DNA of 64,000 nucleotides from Clostridiales bacterium (GCA_012837425.1 DURE01000040.1:15099-79098); one strand, 5' to 3'; shown: positions 27,273 through 36,254, counted from the stretch's first letter. Translations and numbers: made by a program. Notes: a model not told the origin generated them from the sequence alone.

Positions 27273-29453
27273 ATGAAAAGGATCCCGGTATTTTTGCTCT
27301 GCCTGATAATGCTTGTTGCATCTCTCGCCTCCTGTAACCAAACCGGCCCTCAGACCGATACCGAGACCGGTGAGGAAGATATAATTGAAGTTGATATAAC
27401 AAAGTACACCTTAATCCGCCCCGAATTCCTCTCAAATACGCTGCTCAGGGCGGTTGTCCAGATGAAAAAGGATATTGACAGCAGGCTCGGCATCTCCATC
27501 AAGCTAAAGGATGACTGGGTTATGAGGGGAACCGAGCCGGACGACGAGGAATACGAAATTCTGATAGGGGCGACCAACCGGCGCCAGACCGGCGAGGTGC
27601 TCTCGCAAATTGAGGGCTCGGCCTACAGAATTGCTGTGGTGGGTCACAAAATTGTCATAATAGGCACCAACGATGCGGCAACGGTTGACGGGCTAAAGTA
27701 TTTCATGGACACATACGTCGGCGCGTCGCAAAACGGCGTTATCTCGCTGCCTAAAAGCTATACCAGCGCCCAGTACAACATGATAGAGCTTGTCTCGGGC
27801 GGCAAATGCAGGTATTCGGTGGTTTACAAGGAAGGCCTTGACAACACCACGGGTACAAGCTCAAACGACCGCTTTGACTACGAGGTGCAGCTTGCCCAGA
27901 ATGTCAGAGAGCGGCTCATTAAACTGACAGGTGCGTCGGTTGCAATCAGCACCGACTGGCTCAAGTCCGGGGACAGTGCCGGAGATAAATATGAAATATT
28001 GATAGGCGGCACCAACCGGCCCGAGACGGCCGAGGCAAAGGCCGGACTGGGTGCGGCCGACTGGTGCGTTAAGATAATCGGGAAAAAAATTGTGATCTGC
28101 GGCTGGACCGAAACCACAACCGGTATGGCGGTCGATTCCTTTCTCTCGCTGCTCGAGGAGTCGGTGACTCAGGACAGCGAAGGGCACAAGGGAATCAGCT
28201 TTATCGACTTCGGGGAAATGACCGGAACCTATTCGGAGTGGATAACCGACATTCCCGAATATGAGGGTGGAGAGTTCTCAGGCTGCGTGGACGCCAACTT
28301 CGGGCAGCTCGAGTACTACATTACCGGTACAACGGCAACCGAGTTTATCGCCTACAAGGCAAAGCTCGAGGCCTCAGGATACGAACTTTATTTTGAAAAC
28401 GAGTCTGCCGGAAATCTCTACGCCACCTATACCCGAAACAGCGCAATGATACATGCCTACTATGTCGACAGTCAAAACGCGACAAGGATAATTACCGGGC
28501 GGCCGGACGGCGAGGTAAGCCTGCCGAATGTTATAGAGGAGAGCTATGAAAAGGTTACCGAGTCGGCGATAACCCAGATGACGCTCGACTATGCTTCGGG
28601 CAACTTCGGCATGTGTTATGTGATAACGCTTGAGGACGGCAGTTTTATTGTGTTTGACGGCGGCGGGAGCGACGGGAACAAGGACCATATAAGGCTCTAT
28701 AATCTCCTGAGTAAGCTGAACAAGCGCCCCGACGGGAAAATTGTAATTGCGGCCTGGATTCTCACCCACGAGCACTGGGACCACTTCATGGTTTTCTATA
28801 ATTTCTGCAATACCTACGGCCGGCAGGTCACCGTCGAGCAGTATATTGCCAACACCCCTTCTAAAGTAGTCGGTTACAACTCATACAACCCGAACACATA
28901 CATAGAGGACGGTTATTTTGCCACCGCGTCGGCCGCGGCCGGGGGCATAAAACTTGTAAAGCCGCACACCGGGCAGGTAATCAAAATCCGCAACGCCGAA
29001 GTCGAGGTAATCTTCACTCAGGAAGACCTTTACCCGAGAAAACTGTATTTTTACAACGACGCAACCATGATAACCCGCATGAAGATTGCCGGCCAGACAA
29101 TAATGTGGCTGGGCGACACTTGTGACGTCGCCTCGGATATAGTCTGCGATATGTACGGCTCATATCTCAAAAGCGACATGGTTCAGGTGGCGCACCACGG
29201 ATATAACGGCGCGACGCGCGAATTCTACACACTTATCGCACCGAAGTTCGCCTTCTGGCCTACCTCGGCAGACGAGTTTGCCAGGCAGACCAACGGAACC
29301 AATAAGTCGGGCTACTATGCCGTGGACTACTTTGTCGCGCATGAGCTGGGCGTGCTTGAAATATATTGCGCCAGCCCCGACAACATTTCAATAACCCTGC
29401 CCTATGTCCCAGGGAGCAATAAGGCCGAGATGATTGACGTGCCGGCGGGCTGA
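27273..29453 (+). CDS. Lipoprotein with duplicated N-terminal alpha/beta domain and C-terminal metallo-beta-lactamase-fold domain
   Basis: Lipobox LASC in MKRIPVFLLCLIMLVASLASCNQ. An internal duplication is visible (YEILIGATNRRQTGEV...YRIAVVGHKIVIIG versus YEILIGGTNRPETAEA...WCVKIIGKKIVICG). MBL motif THEHWDH and a later HHGYN. Confidence 0.65.
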   Translation: MKRIPVFLLCLIMLVASLASCNQTGPQTDTETGEEDIIEVDITKYTLIRPEFLSNTLLRAVVQMKKDIDSRLGISIKLKDDWVMRGTEPDDEEYEILIGATNRRQTGEVLSQIEGSAYRIAVVGHKIVIIGTNDAATVDGLKYFMDTYVGASQNGVISLPKSYTSAQYNMIELVSGGKCRYSVVYKEGLDNTTGTSSNDRFDYEVQLAQNVRERLIKLTGASVAISTDWLKSGDSAGDKYEILIGGTNRPETAEAKAGLGAADWCVKIIGKKIVICGWTETTTGMAVDSFLSLLEESVTQDSEGHKGISFIDFGEMTGTYSEWITDIPEYEGGEFSGCVDANFGQLEYYITGTTATEFIAYKAKLEASGYELYFENESAGNLYATYTRNSAMIHAYYVDSQNATRIITGRPDGEVSLPNVIEESYEKVTESAITQMTLDYASGNFGMCYVITLEDGSFIVFDGGGSDGNKDHIRLYNLLSKLNKRPDGKIVIAAWILTHEHWDHFMVFYNFCNTYGRQVTVEQYIANTPSKVVGYNSYNPNTYIEDGYFATASAAAGGIKLVKPHTGQVIKIRNAEVEVIFTQEDLYPRKLYFYNDATMITRMKIAGQTIMWLGDTCDVASDIVCDMYGSYLKSDMVQVAHHGYNGATREFYTLIAPKFAFWPTSADEFARQTNGTNKSGYYAVDYFVAHELGVLEIYCASPDNISITLPYVPGSNKAEMIDVPAG

Positions 29454-29455
29454 GC

Positions 29456-29517
29456 GCGGGGGCTCTGCCCTCGCCCCCTTTTTAAAAAGGCCTAAGAATC
29501 CCAAAAACTTTCGAACC
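29456..29517 (-). repeat. Intergenic hairpin repeat family, copy D (short)
   Basis: GCGGGGGCTCTGCCCTCGCCCCCTTTTTAAAAAGGCCTAAGAATCCCAAAAACTTTCGAACC parallels 36146-36254, sharing the GGGGCTCTGCCC module and the A/T-centred palindrome. Confidence 0.55.
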
Positions 29518-29719
29518 ATATCTCTAAAGAAGCAGCGCGGGTTTCACAGTCTGCGCCGTATAGTTAATTAGATATTTGACATTAGACATCAGTGGATGCG
29601 GGGGAAACGTGGGCAGATTATATCTTCCCCTACGGTGCAGGAATAGAGAGGGTGGCACACATACGGCGGTGCGCCCTACAATGAGGGAGCGCGGGGCGAT
29701 GCCCCGCGCAAACCTTTTC

Positions 29720-30571
29720 TTATTCCTCAAGCCCGAGGAGTGCTGCGCCGATTACCGTGCCGAACTGGGCGTTGTCAGGAACAATGAAGTTGACGTTAAA
29801 CGAGGGACCGAGCCGGACTATGGTGTCCCGGATGGGAACAAAGGAGGTCAGGTTTCCGGTAAGCACAATTTTGTCTATTTTGTATATGCGGGCGGCAAAG
29901 ATTGACATCATGGCGATTATCTCGGCCACCATGTTGGCAATGCCGAGCGCGATGTCGTTCGGCCCGGCCAGGTCACTGAGCTTACCGAAGTTTGAGGCGG
30001 TGAGTTCATGGTTTATGCTCGGGAAAAGCGAGAGGTCCGAGATATCCTTAACTCTCAGATCGACTTTGTTGAGGTCGCCGCCCGCGCAAAGCTGCTCGAT
30101 GTGTTCTATGGTGTCCACTCCCAGCATCTTGCGCGACAGGCCGATAAGCGTGCCGCCACCGATGCCGGTGCCGCCGAGATAATTAATTTCTGTCTTTTTC
30201 TTGGTGCGTTTGGCGTGGATCACCGGGGTGCCGGTGCCCATGCTGACCACAATGGCCTCATTCAGCCCCGAGAGGTAAAGCCCGCCGACGCCTATGCTGG
30301 TGAATTCGGGCACCGAACGGCATTTGAGCGAGTATATCGGCTTTGTCACAAAGGTTGAGCCGACACCGGTCATCATAACCCGGTCTATGTCGCGGAGCTC
30401 AAGGTTATTGAGGTCAAGGAAGCGGCCGAAAGCGCCGTAGATTGAGGTTATCGGGTCTGTCGCCCGCACAATCTGTGGCTCAACAAGCTCTATATTTTCA
30501 TCTTCATAGATGCGAAATCCGACGATTTTAGTCGTGCTGCCGCCGACGTCGATTCCGATAATTGTACGCAT
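29720..30571 (-). CDS. coaW: Type II pantothenate kinase (CoaW-like, ASKHA fold)
   Basis: GIDVGGSTTKIVG, MGTGTP, GGTGIGGGTLIGLS, GDLNKVDLRVKDI, LTASNFG and FGTVIGAALLG line up with the Staphylococcus CoaW sequence as I recall it. Confidence 0.7.
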   Translation of the reverse strand: MRTIIGIDVGGSTTKIVGFRIYEDENIELVEPQIVRATDPITSIYGAFGRFLDLNNLELRDIDRVMMTGVGSTFVTKPIYSLKCRSVPEFTSIGVGGLYLSGLNEAIVVSMGTGTPVIHAKRTKKKTEINYLGGTGIGGGTLIGLSRKMLGVDTIEHIEQLCAGGDLNKVDLRVKDISDLSLFPSINHELTASNFGKLSDLAGPNDIALGIANMVAEIIAMMSIFAARIYKIDKIVLTGNLTSFVPIRDTIVRLGPSFNVNFIVPDNAQFGTVIGAALLGLEE

Positions 30572-30614
30572 TCTCAGTCACACCTCTCTTTAATGAATAA
30601 AGTATAACATACCC

Positions 30615-30643
30615 TTGCAAAAATTGCAATAAAATGATATAAT
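30615..30643 (+). promoter_or_regulatory. Consensus-like sigma-A promoter for the HAD-IIA gene
   Basis: TTGCAA (30615-30620), 17 nt, TATAAT (30638-30643). Confidence 0.55.
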
Positions 30644-30690
30644 AACTTCGGCTTTCTGCCGAATGAAAACAAGCATATCGAGGTTTTTCA

Positions 30691-31515
30691 ATGAATTTTA
30701 TCAATCCCGACCCGCGCATTTTGTCCGAAAAAAAGCTCTACATCTTCGACATGGACGGCACAATATATCTCGGATACCGGCCGTTTGATTATGCAATCCG
30801 CTTCATAAACAACCTGCGTGGTGCCGGAAAGCAGATTCTGTTTTTTACAAACAACGCCTCCCACACTCCCGAATACTATTTAAAAAAGCTTGACAAACTC
30901 GGCTTTTCACCGACCCCGGACGAAATAATGACCTCCGGGGACGTTACAATAGAGTTCTTAAGGCGCCACCGGCCGGGCAAGAGTGCCTATCTTGTCGGAA
31001 CCGACGAGTTGGTGGAGAGCTTTCGCAAGAGCGGGATAAATATTGTAAGCGGCGACCTGCCAAAGGTGGATATTGTGGTGACAAGCTTTGACACCACCCT
31101 GACCTATCAGAAGCTGAGCGACGCCTGCCGGCTTATCAGGGGGGGCGCCGAGTATCTCTCCACTCACCCGGATTTCAACTGCCCGACAGAGGACGGCTTT
31201 ATCCCCGACAGCGGGGCAATTGCCGCATTTGTCACGGCCTCGACCGGCAAGGTGCCGACCTATTTCGGCAAGCCCTACAAAGAGACCATCGAGATGATAA
31301 GCGAGGCCACGGGGTACAAGCTCGGGGAGATGTGCATTTTCGGCGACCGGCTTTATACCGATATTGCCATCGGAAAGAAGCACGGCGTCACCGCCGTTCT
31401 TGTACTATCGGGCGAGACGCAGCCCGAGGATGTCGACCGGGCCTCGCCGGCCGAAAAACCTGATTTTGTCTTCAACTCACTTGACGATGTTGACAGAGTG
31501 ATGTTTGGTAAATAA
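30691..31515 (+). CDS. HAD-IIA family hydrolase (NagD-like sugar phosphatase)
   Basis: Motif I FDMDGTIYLG, FFTNNAS, GKP, and motif IV FGDRLYTDI. Confidence 0.8.
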   Translation: MNFINPDPRILSEKKLYIFDMDGTIYLGYRPFDYAIRFINNLRGAGKQILFFTNNASHTPEYYLKKLDKLGFSPTPDEIMTSGDVTIEFLRRHRPGKSAYLVGTDELVESFRKSGINIVSGDLPKVDIVVTSFDTTLTYQKLSDACRLIRGGAEYLSTHPDFNCPTEDGFIPDSGAIAAFVTASTGKVPTYFGKPYKETIEMISEATGYKLGEMCIFGDRLYTDIAIGKKHGVTAVLVLSGETQPEDVDRASPAEKPDFVFNSLDDVDRVMFGK

Positions 31516-31593
31516 GAAGTGCCCGTTTGTTTTGCAAACAACGCATTTAGCTTACTTAAATTTATAAAGTGTTCACGGTTTAAAATCAGTGTA

Positions 31594-31705
31594 AAGTTTT
31601 TGGGGTTTCCAAAGGGGGATTTTTCAAAAATCCCCCTTTGGCGGGGGTCTGGGGGCGGAGCCCCACGATAAATCCTTTAAGGGGGTGCGGGGGCTTAGCC
31701 CCCGT
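31594..31705 (+). repeat. Intergenic hairpin repeat family, copy C (most complete; immediately upstream of rqcH)
   Basis: Contains the perfect palindrome CCAAAGGGGGATTTTT-C-AAAAATCCCCCTTTGG (31609-31641), then GGGGGCGGAGCCCCAC, then GGGGGCTTAGCCCCC. It is collinear with the reverse complement of copy B. Confidence 0.75.
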
Positions 31706-31715
31706 AAAAAAACTC

Positions 31716-33485
31716 ATGGCATTTGATGCTGGCATGCTTGCCTGTGTGGTGAGCGAACTGAAAAAAAGCGCCGTTGGCGGCAGGGTGGAGAGGATTCACC
31801 AGCCCGAGCTCGACGAGATAATAATACAGCTGCGGACGGTGCAGGGCGGGCGGCGGCTGCTTATCAACGCCGGCTCGCGCAGCCCGCGCATCGGCTACAC
31901 CGCGCTTGCAAAGGAAAACCCGGCCACACCGCCGAACTTCTGTATGCTGCTGCGAAAGCATCTGGGGAGCGCGAGGCTGAAGGATATAGCGCAGCAGGGG
32001 TTTGAGCGGGTGGTGTGGTTGGGCTTTGAGTGCCGGGACGAGCTGGGCTTTGAGGGTACGAAATATCTTATTGCCGAGGTTATGGGGAAGTACAGCAACC
32101 TGATACTCGCCGATGCAAGTCTCAGGATAATAAACGCGCTTCGCCCGGTGGATTTCACCACCAGCAGCCGCAGGCAGGTGCTGCCCGGGATGAAGTACGA
32201 GCTCCCGCCGCCGCAGGACAAGGCCGACCCTATGGTGACAGGCCGTGAGGAGTTTTTTGCGGCGGTGGCAGCCGCCCCGGCCGGGCAGAAGGCCGAGAGG
32301 TTTATCATCGACACATTCATAGGTATATCGGCGGCGCTGGCGCGCGAGATAGTGTTCAGGGCGAGCCGACGCACCGACGCACCGCTGAGCTTTTGTGATA
32401 AAAACCGGCTTTGGCGGGAATTTTCAGAGGTTTTTGACGTGATAAGGGAGGAAAAATTCGCTCCCACACTGATAAGCCTTGAGGGTCAGCCGGTTGAGTA
32501 TTCATTTGTCGACCTGACGCACTACGGCGCGGGTACCGGGCGCCGGCATTTTGAGAGCGCGGGAGAGCTGCTCGACGCGTTTTATGGCGAGCGAGACCAA
32601 AAGTTCAGGTTAAGGCAGCAGGCGGCCGACATGCTGCGCATAATGTCGGTAGCCCGGGCGCGTATTTCGCGCAAGCTTGAGAACCAGCGCGGGGAGCTGG
32701 CCGACTGTGCGCGGGGGGAGGAATACCGCCGGGACGCCGACCTTATCACCGCAAATTTACATGCAATAAAAAAGGGCGACACGAGCGCGCTGCTTGTCAA
32801 TTATTCGGACGTGAAGGAGGACGGGAGTTACGGGGTGCGAGTGGTAAAACTTGACCCGCAGCTCTCGCCGGCCGGGAACGCGCAGCGGCTTTATAAAAAG
32901 TACAATAAGCTAAAGCACGCAAAAGTCGAGCTTTCGCGGCAAATTGAGCTGGGGGAGGCCGAGCTTGTATATATCGCCAGCGTGCTCGACTCGCTTGAGC
33001 GTGCCGAGACCTCGGACGACCTTGCCGAAATCCGGGACGAGCTGTTCAAGGCGGGCTACATGTCAAGGGCAAAAAATTATGCCCCGCCAAAGAAGCAGAA
33101 GCCCGGAATTATGACCTTTAGGACCGACGGGGGGTATACCGTGCTCTGCGGGCGTAACAACCTGCAAAACGAGTATATAACCCATCAGCTCGCCTCAAGG
33201 GATGACTATTGGTTCCATGTCAAAGGGAGGCCGGGCGCGCATGTGGTGCTGGTGAGGGGCGGGCGCGAGCCGGGGGAGACCGATTTTACGCAGGCCGCGC
33301 GGATTGCGGCGCTATATTCGAGCGCTAAGGACGGGCAGAACGTGGCGGTTGACTATACGCCGGTAAAGCACCTCAAAAAGACGCCGGGGGGCCGGCCGGG
33401 GTTTGTAATCTACCACACCAACTGGACGGCCTACGTCACGCCCGACCCCGCGGAGACCGAGAGGCTCAGGGTCGGGGAGAAGTGA
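31716..33485 (+). CDS. rqcH: Ribosome quality-control protein RqcH (NFACT/FbpA family)
   Basis: MAFDAGMLACVVSELKK N-terminus, central coiled coil, and C-terminal NFACT-R region (DDYWFHVKGRPGAHVVL...). The tracked start at 31638 reads through repeat copy C and is rejected. Confidence 0.8.
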   Translation: MAFDAGMLACVVSELKKSAVGGRVERIHQPELDEIIIQLRTVQGGRRLLINAGSRSPRIGYTALAKENPATPPNFCMLLRKHLGSARLKDIAQQGFERVVWLGFECRDELGFEGTKYLIAEVMGKYSNLILADASLRIINALRPVDFTTSSRRQVLPGMKYELPPPQDKADPMVTGREEFFAAVAAAPAGQKAERFIIDTFIGISAALAREIVFRASRRTDAPLSFCDKNRLWREFSEVFDVIREEKFAPTLISLEGQPVEYSFVDLTHYGAGTGRRHFESAGELLDAFYGERDQKFRLRQQAADMLRIMSVARARISRKLENQRGELADCARGEEYRRDADLITANLHAIKKGDTSALLVNYSDVKEDGSYGVRVVKLDPQLSPAGNAQRLYKKYNKLKHAKVELSRQIELGEAELVYIASVLDSLERAETSDDLAEIRDELFKAGYMSRAKNYAPPKKQKPGIMTFRTDGGYTVLCGRNNLQNEYITHQLASRDDYWFHVKGRPGAHVVLVRGGREPGETDFTQAARIAALYSSAKDGQNVAVDYTPVKHLKKTPGGRPGFVIYHTNWTAYVTPDPAETERLRVGEK

Positions 33486-33487
33486 AT

Positions 33488-33522
33488 AAAGAGCGCCCGC
33501 CGGGGTTCGGCGGGCGCTCTTT
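33488..33522. terminator. Bidirectional terminator between rqcH and the convergent CPBP-like gene
   Basis: AAAGAGCGCCCGCC-ggggttc-GGCGGGCGCTCTTT, flanked by an A tract and a T tract. Confidence 0.75.
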
Positions 33523-33532
33523 ATTTCATAAC

Positions 33533-34090
33533 TTATTCGCTTGGCGATGTGTATGATGGCGGCGTATAATCGGGCGGTTTATCTGACGGAGGTGTATACT
33601 CCGGCGGGGTGTTTGACGGAGGGAGATACTCAGGAGGGTTGTTTTCAGGGGGAGTTTTCGGGGACAGAGGTTCAGAGGGACGGGGAATCACTCCGTCCTC
33701 TTTTTTCGGCTTCATAAAGTAGAGCACCGCAATGCCGATTGCGAGTACCAGCGTGACGGCCAGGCCTCCCTCGAGCCCGAATCCGCCGCCGTTTACAAGC
33801 CGTCCGGTCTCGGTCAGTTCGCTTGTCAATACCGAGGAGCCAACCTTCAGTCCGCTTACCTGTATGCCGAAAAAATTGCCCTGCACAAAATTCCAGGTGC
33901 TGTGAAAGGCAGCAACCCCCCAGATGCTGCCCCGGCGAATAAAATAAAGAGCGGCGAATATGCCGTAGAGAACCAGATTAAAAAAGGCTAGCAGCGAAAG
34001 CCCCTTGTTCAGCGAATGCGCCAGGGCGAACATAACCGAGCTTGCCAGTATAGCTGTCGGCAGCGAATACCGCCGGGAGACCAACACCAT
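33533..34090 (-). CDS. N-terminally truncated CPBP-like membrane protein with C-terminal PPxY-repeat tail (catalytic motif 1 missing)
   Basis: Carries FALAH (motif 2) and FHSTWNF (motif 3) but no EExxxR. An in-frame TGA lies 16 codons upstream of the ATG. Tail: PPEYLPPSNTPPEYTPPSDKPPDYTPPSY. Confidence 0.5.
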   Translation of the reverse strand: MVLVSRRYSLPTAILASSVMFALAHSLNKGLSLLAFFNLVLYGIFAALYFIRRGSIWGVAAFHSTWNFVQGNFFGIQVSGLKVGSSVLTSELTETGRLVNGGGFGLEGGLAVTLVLAIGIAVLYFMKPKKEDGVIPRPSEPLSPKTPPENNPPEYLPPSNTPPEYTPPSDKPPDYTPPSYTSPSE

Positions 34091-34254
34091 AATATCTCGA
34101 TAACAAGGCTTCGCGAGCCCGGGGTTTGCCCGGCTTCAAGCATGCAGGCCGGTCGGCTCAGAATGTCACCGTGGCGGACAGTGGGCTGTGTCGAACTTGT
34201 TCATATCGTACTTGCATATAAAATTTTCGGAAAAACCGGCGCTCTGACAGTAAA

Positions 34255-34283
34255 ATTATAACCAGTTTTTATATTTCTGTCAA
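34255..34283 (-). promoter_or_regulatory. Perfect consensus sigma-A promoter driving the truncated CPBP-like gene
   Basis: Minus strand: TTGACA (34283-34278), 17 nt, TATAAT (34260-34255). The leader is about 158 nt. Confidence 0.6.
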
Positions 34284-34379
34284 CATTTTGCTGTCTTTGC
34301 AATATTGGCCGCTCTGCTTCACATAATATAGTGCGTAAAAGTAGCCGGGCATCAGCCCGGAACTGTGGAGGGCGGCAAA

Positions 34380-35480
34380 ATGGAAAGAACCGACTGGCAG
34401 AAGTGGGCTGCCGTTATATTCTGCGCGGCGGCGGCGGTTGTCGCCGGCTGGCTTATAATAAAATACCTGCTCGGCATATTCATACCCTTCCTTATAGCCT
34501 GGGGGGTGGCGCTGGCAGTGGTCCCGGCCGCCGGGTGGGTCTCAAAGAAAACCAAAATCCCGCAAAAACTTTGTGCTTTTGTATTGCTTCTTCTTGTGCT
34601 GGTAATAATTATAATGACAGCGACACTTGTCATAGACCGCTTGATTTTTGAGCTGAGGCAGATGGTGGAGCGGATACTGTCGGGTGAGGGCGGGTTGGGC
34701 GAGAGTATAAAGCATATTGCCGGCCAGCTTCAAAACCTCGGTGATAAGATACCCTTCCTTCGCGACCTGCGCGGGCAGGCCGGATTTGAGTCCTTCCTTG
34801 AGAACTTCAACAGCCTGATTGTAAAACTGCTCACCGACCTGATTTCAGGGCTTAGCTCCTTTTTGCCCTCGGTCATCCTGCGGACGGTGGCAAAGCTGCC
34901 CTCGGCGATTTTGCTTCTTATAGTTACGGTTGTTGCCTGTTTTTATTTTTGCATGGATCTCAAATCCATACACGCCTCACTGCTCCTGCTGCTGCCCGGC
35001 GGGGTGGCAGAGCGCATGCCCGAGCTCAAATCAAAGGTTTTCTGTGCTGTGGGAAAGTGGCTTCGGGCCTACACAATCCTTTTAGGAATTACGTTTGCCG
35101 GTCTTTTTGTCGGTCTTATGATACTCGGGGTTGAGTACCCGCTTTTTGTAGCCCTGGTCGGCTCGCTGGTCGATATTCTGCCGGTTCTGGGGGTCGGGAC
35201 AATTCTTGTGCCCTGGAGCATTTATGAGCTTATAACCAGGAACTTCAGGCTCGGCTTCGGGCTTTTAATCCTGTACGCCGTCATGGTTATTGTGCGGCAG
35301 GTGGCCGAGCCGCGAGTGGTGGGGGACAGCTTCGGGATTCACCCGCTGGCAACGCTTGTCGCGATGTACGCGGGACTGAGACTCTTCGGGGTTGCGGGGA
35401 TGATTCTGCTGCCCGCTCTTGTGATGCTGATCGGGAGCATGGTAAAACCTAAGGAGCCGGCAAAGGACAAAAAAGGCTGA
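34380..35480 (+). CDS. ytvI: Sporulation integral membrane protein YtvI (AI-2E/PerM family)
   Basis: 366-aa polytopic protein with the AI-2E family layout (FIPFLIAWGVA..., C-terminal VAEPRVVGDSFGIHPLATL). RBS GGAGGG, then ATG 34380. Confidence 0.7.
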   Translation: MERTDWQKWAAVIFCAAAAVVAGWLIIKYLLGIFIPFLIAWGVALAVVPAAGWVSKKTKIPQKLCAFVLLLLVLVIIIMTATLVIDRLIFELRQMVERILSGEGGLGESIKHIAGQLQNLGDKIPFLRDLRGQAGFESFLENFNSLIVKLLTDLISGLSSFLPSVILRTVAKLPSAILLLIVTVVACFYFCMDLKSIHASLLLLLPGGVAERMPELKSKVFCAVGKWLRAYTILLGITFAGLFVGLMILGVEYPLFVALVGSLVDILPVLGVGTILVPWSIYELITRNFRLGFGLLILYAVMVIVRQVAEPRVVGDSFGIHPLATLVAMYAGLRLFGVAGMILLPALVMLIGSMVKPKEPAKDKKG

Positions 35481-35603
35481 AGCTCGCCTCTGAAAACAAA
35501 GATTTAACTTATTGTAAACATTCGGTTAACACCGGAACCCCCGAGGGCAAAATAACGTCAAATAAAAGTAAGAATTCAAAAAGAAAGGAAGGGCCGAGGG
35601 GCA

Positions 35604-36134
35604 ATGATTATTGTCGTTATACTGGTCTGCCTTGTACTGCTTGTGCTTTTTGCATCCGACAGCCAGATACAAAGCGAGAGTAACAAGGCCTGGGGTCTGC
35701 CGTCGCCGTATGATCATCCACCCCCGTCGGCCCTAAGCACCGGTGCACCGACAGGTTTTTCCGACCTGCCGGACGACTTTAGCTTTTCCCTGAGCTGGAA
35801 TATAAACGGCCACGGCTCTTATGACAGCGCAAAAGGGATACTGACATGGGGTGCCGGCGGTGAGCAGCGCCGGGAGCTGATACTTAGCAACGAGAAAAAG
35901 CGGGCGATACGCGAAATACTCTTGCAGCTAAATTTGTCCGACTACCCCGACGCCGCCAGGCCGGAGGTGTGCAGCCCGGGCGAGCTGATACTTACTATAC
36001 GCTGCGGACGCGCCGAGAAGACCGTGGGCTGCACCGGGGGCTCCCGGGCGGGCAATTCCCGCCTGGCCAGCGCCTGCTATGCAATAATCGGCATTATTAC
36101 CTCTTCCGAGGAGGAAGGGGCGCTGCTTGCGTGA
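35604..36134 (+). CDS. Hypothetical membrane-anchored protein
   Basis: 176 aa with an N-terminal TM helix (MIIVVILVCLVLLVLFA), a Pro-rich linker and a ~120-aa domain containing 4 Cys. I recognise no family. Confidence 0.45.
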   Translation: MIIVVILVCLVLLVLFASDSQIQSESNKAWGLPSPYDHPPPSALSTGAPTGFSDLPDDFSFSLSWNINGHGSYDSAKGILTWGAGGEQRRELILSNEKKRAIREILLQLNLSDYPDAARPEVCSPGELILTIRCGRAEKTVGCTGGSRAGNSRLASACYAIIGIITSSEEEGALLA

Positions 36135-36145
36135 CTTTGTTATGC

Positions 36146-36254
36146 AGGGGCTCTGCCCCCGCACCTCCGCGGGAACGCTTGTGGGACTCCGCCCCACGCC
36201 CCGCTCAAGGGACTTTTTAGAAAAAATCCCCTTGAGAATCCTCGAAAAACCTCC
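36146..36254 (-). repeat. Intergenic hairpin repeat family, copy B (inverted relative to A, C and E)
   Basis: AGGGGCTCTGCCCCCGCACC...GTGGGACTCCGCCCCAC...TCAAGGGACTTTTTAGAAAAAATCCCCTTGAGAATCCTCGAAAAACCTCC. Its reverse complement aligns with copies A and C. Confidence 0.75.

Noticed and set aside
34296-34335. Mother-cell sigma (SigK-like CATA-nnn-TA) promoter for ytvI around CACATAATATA
   Set aside because: The motif has too little information content to call from sequence alone, and no convincing -35 element was found.
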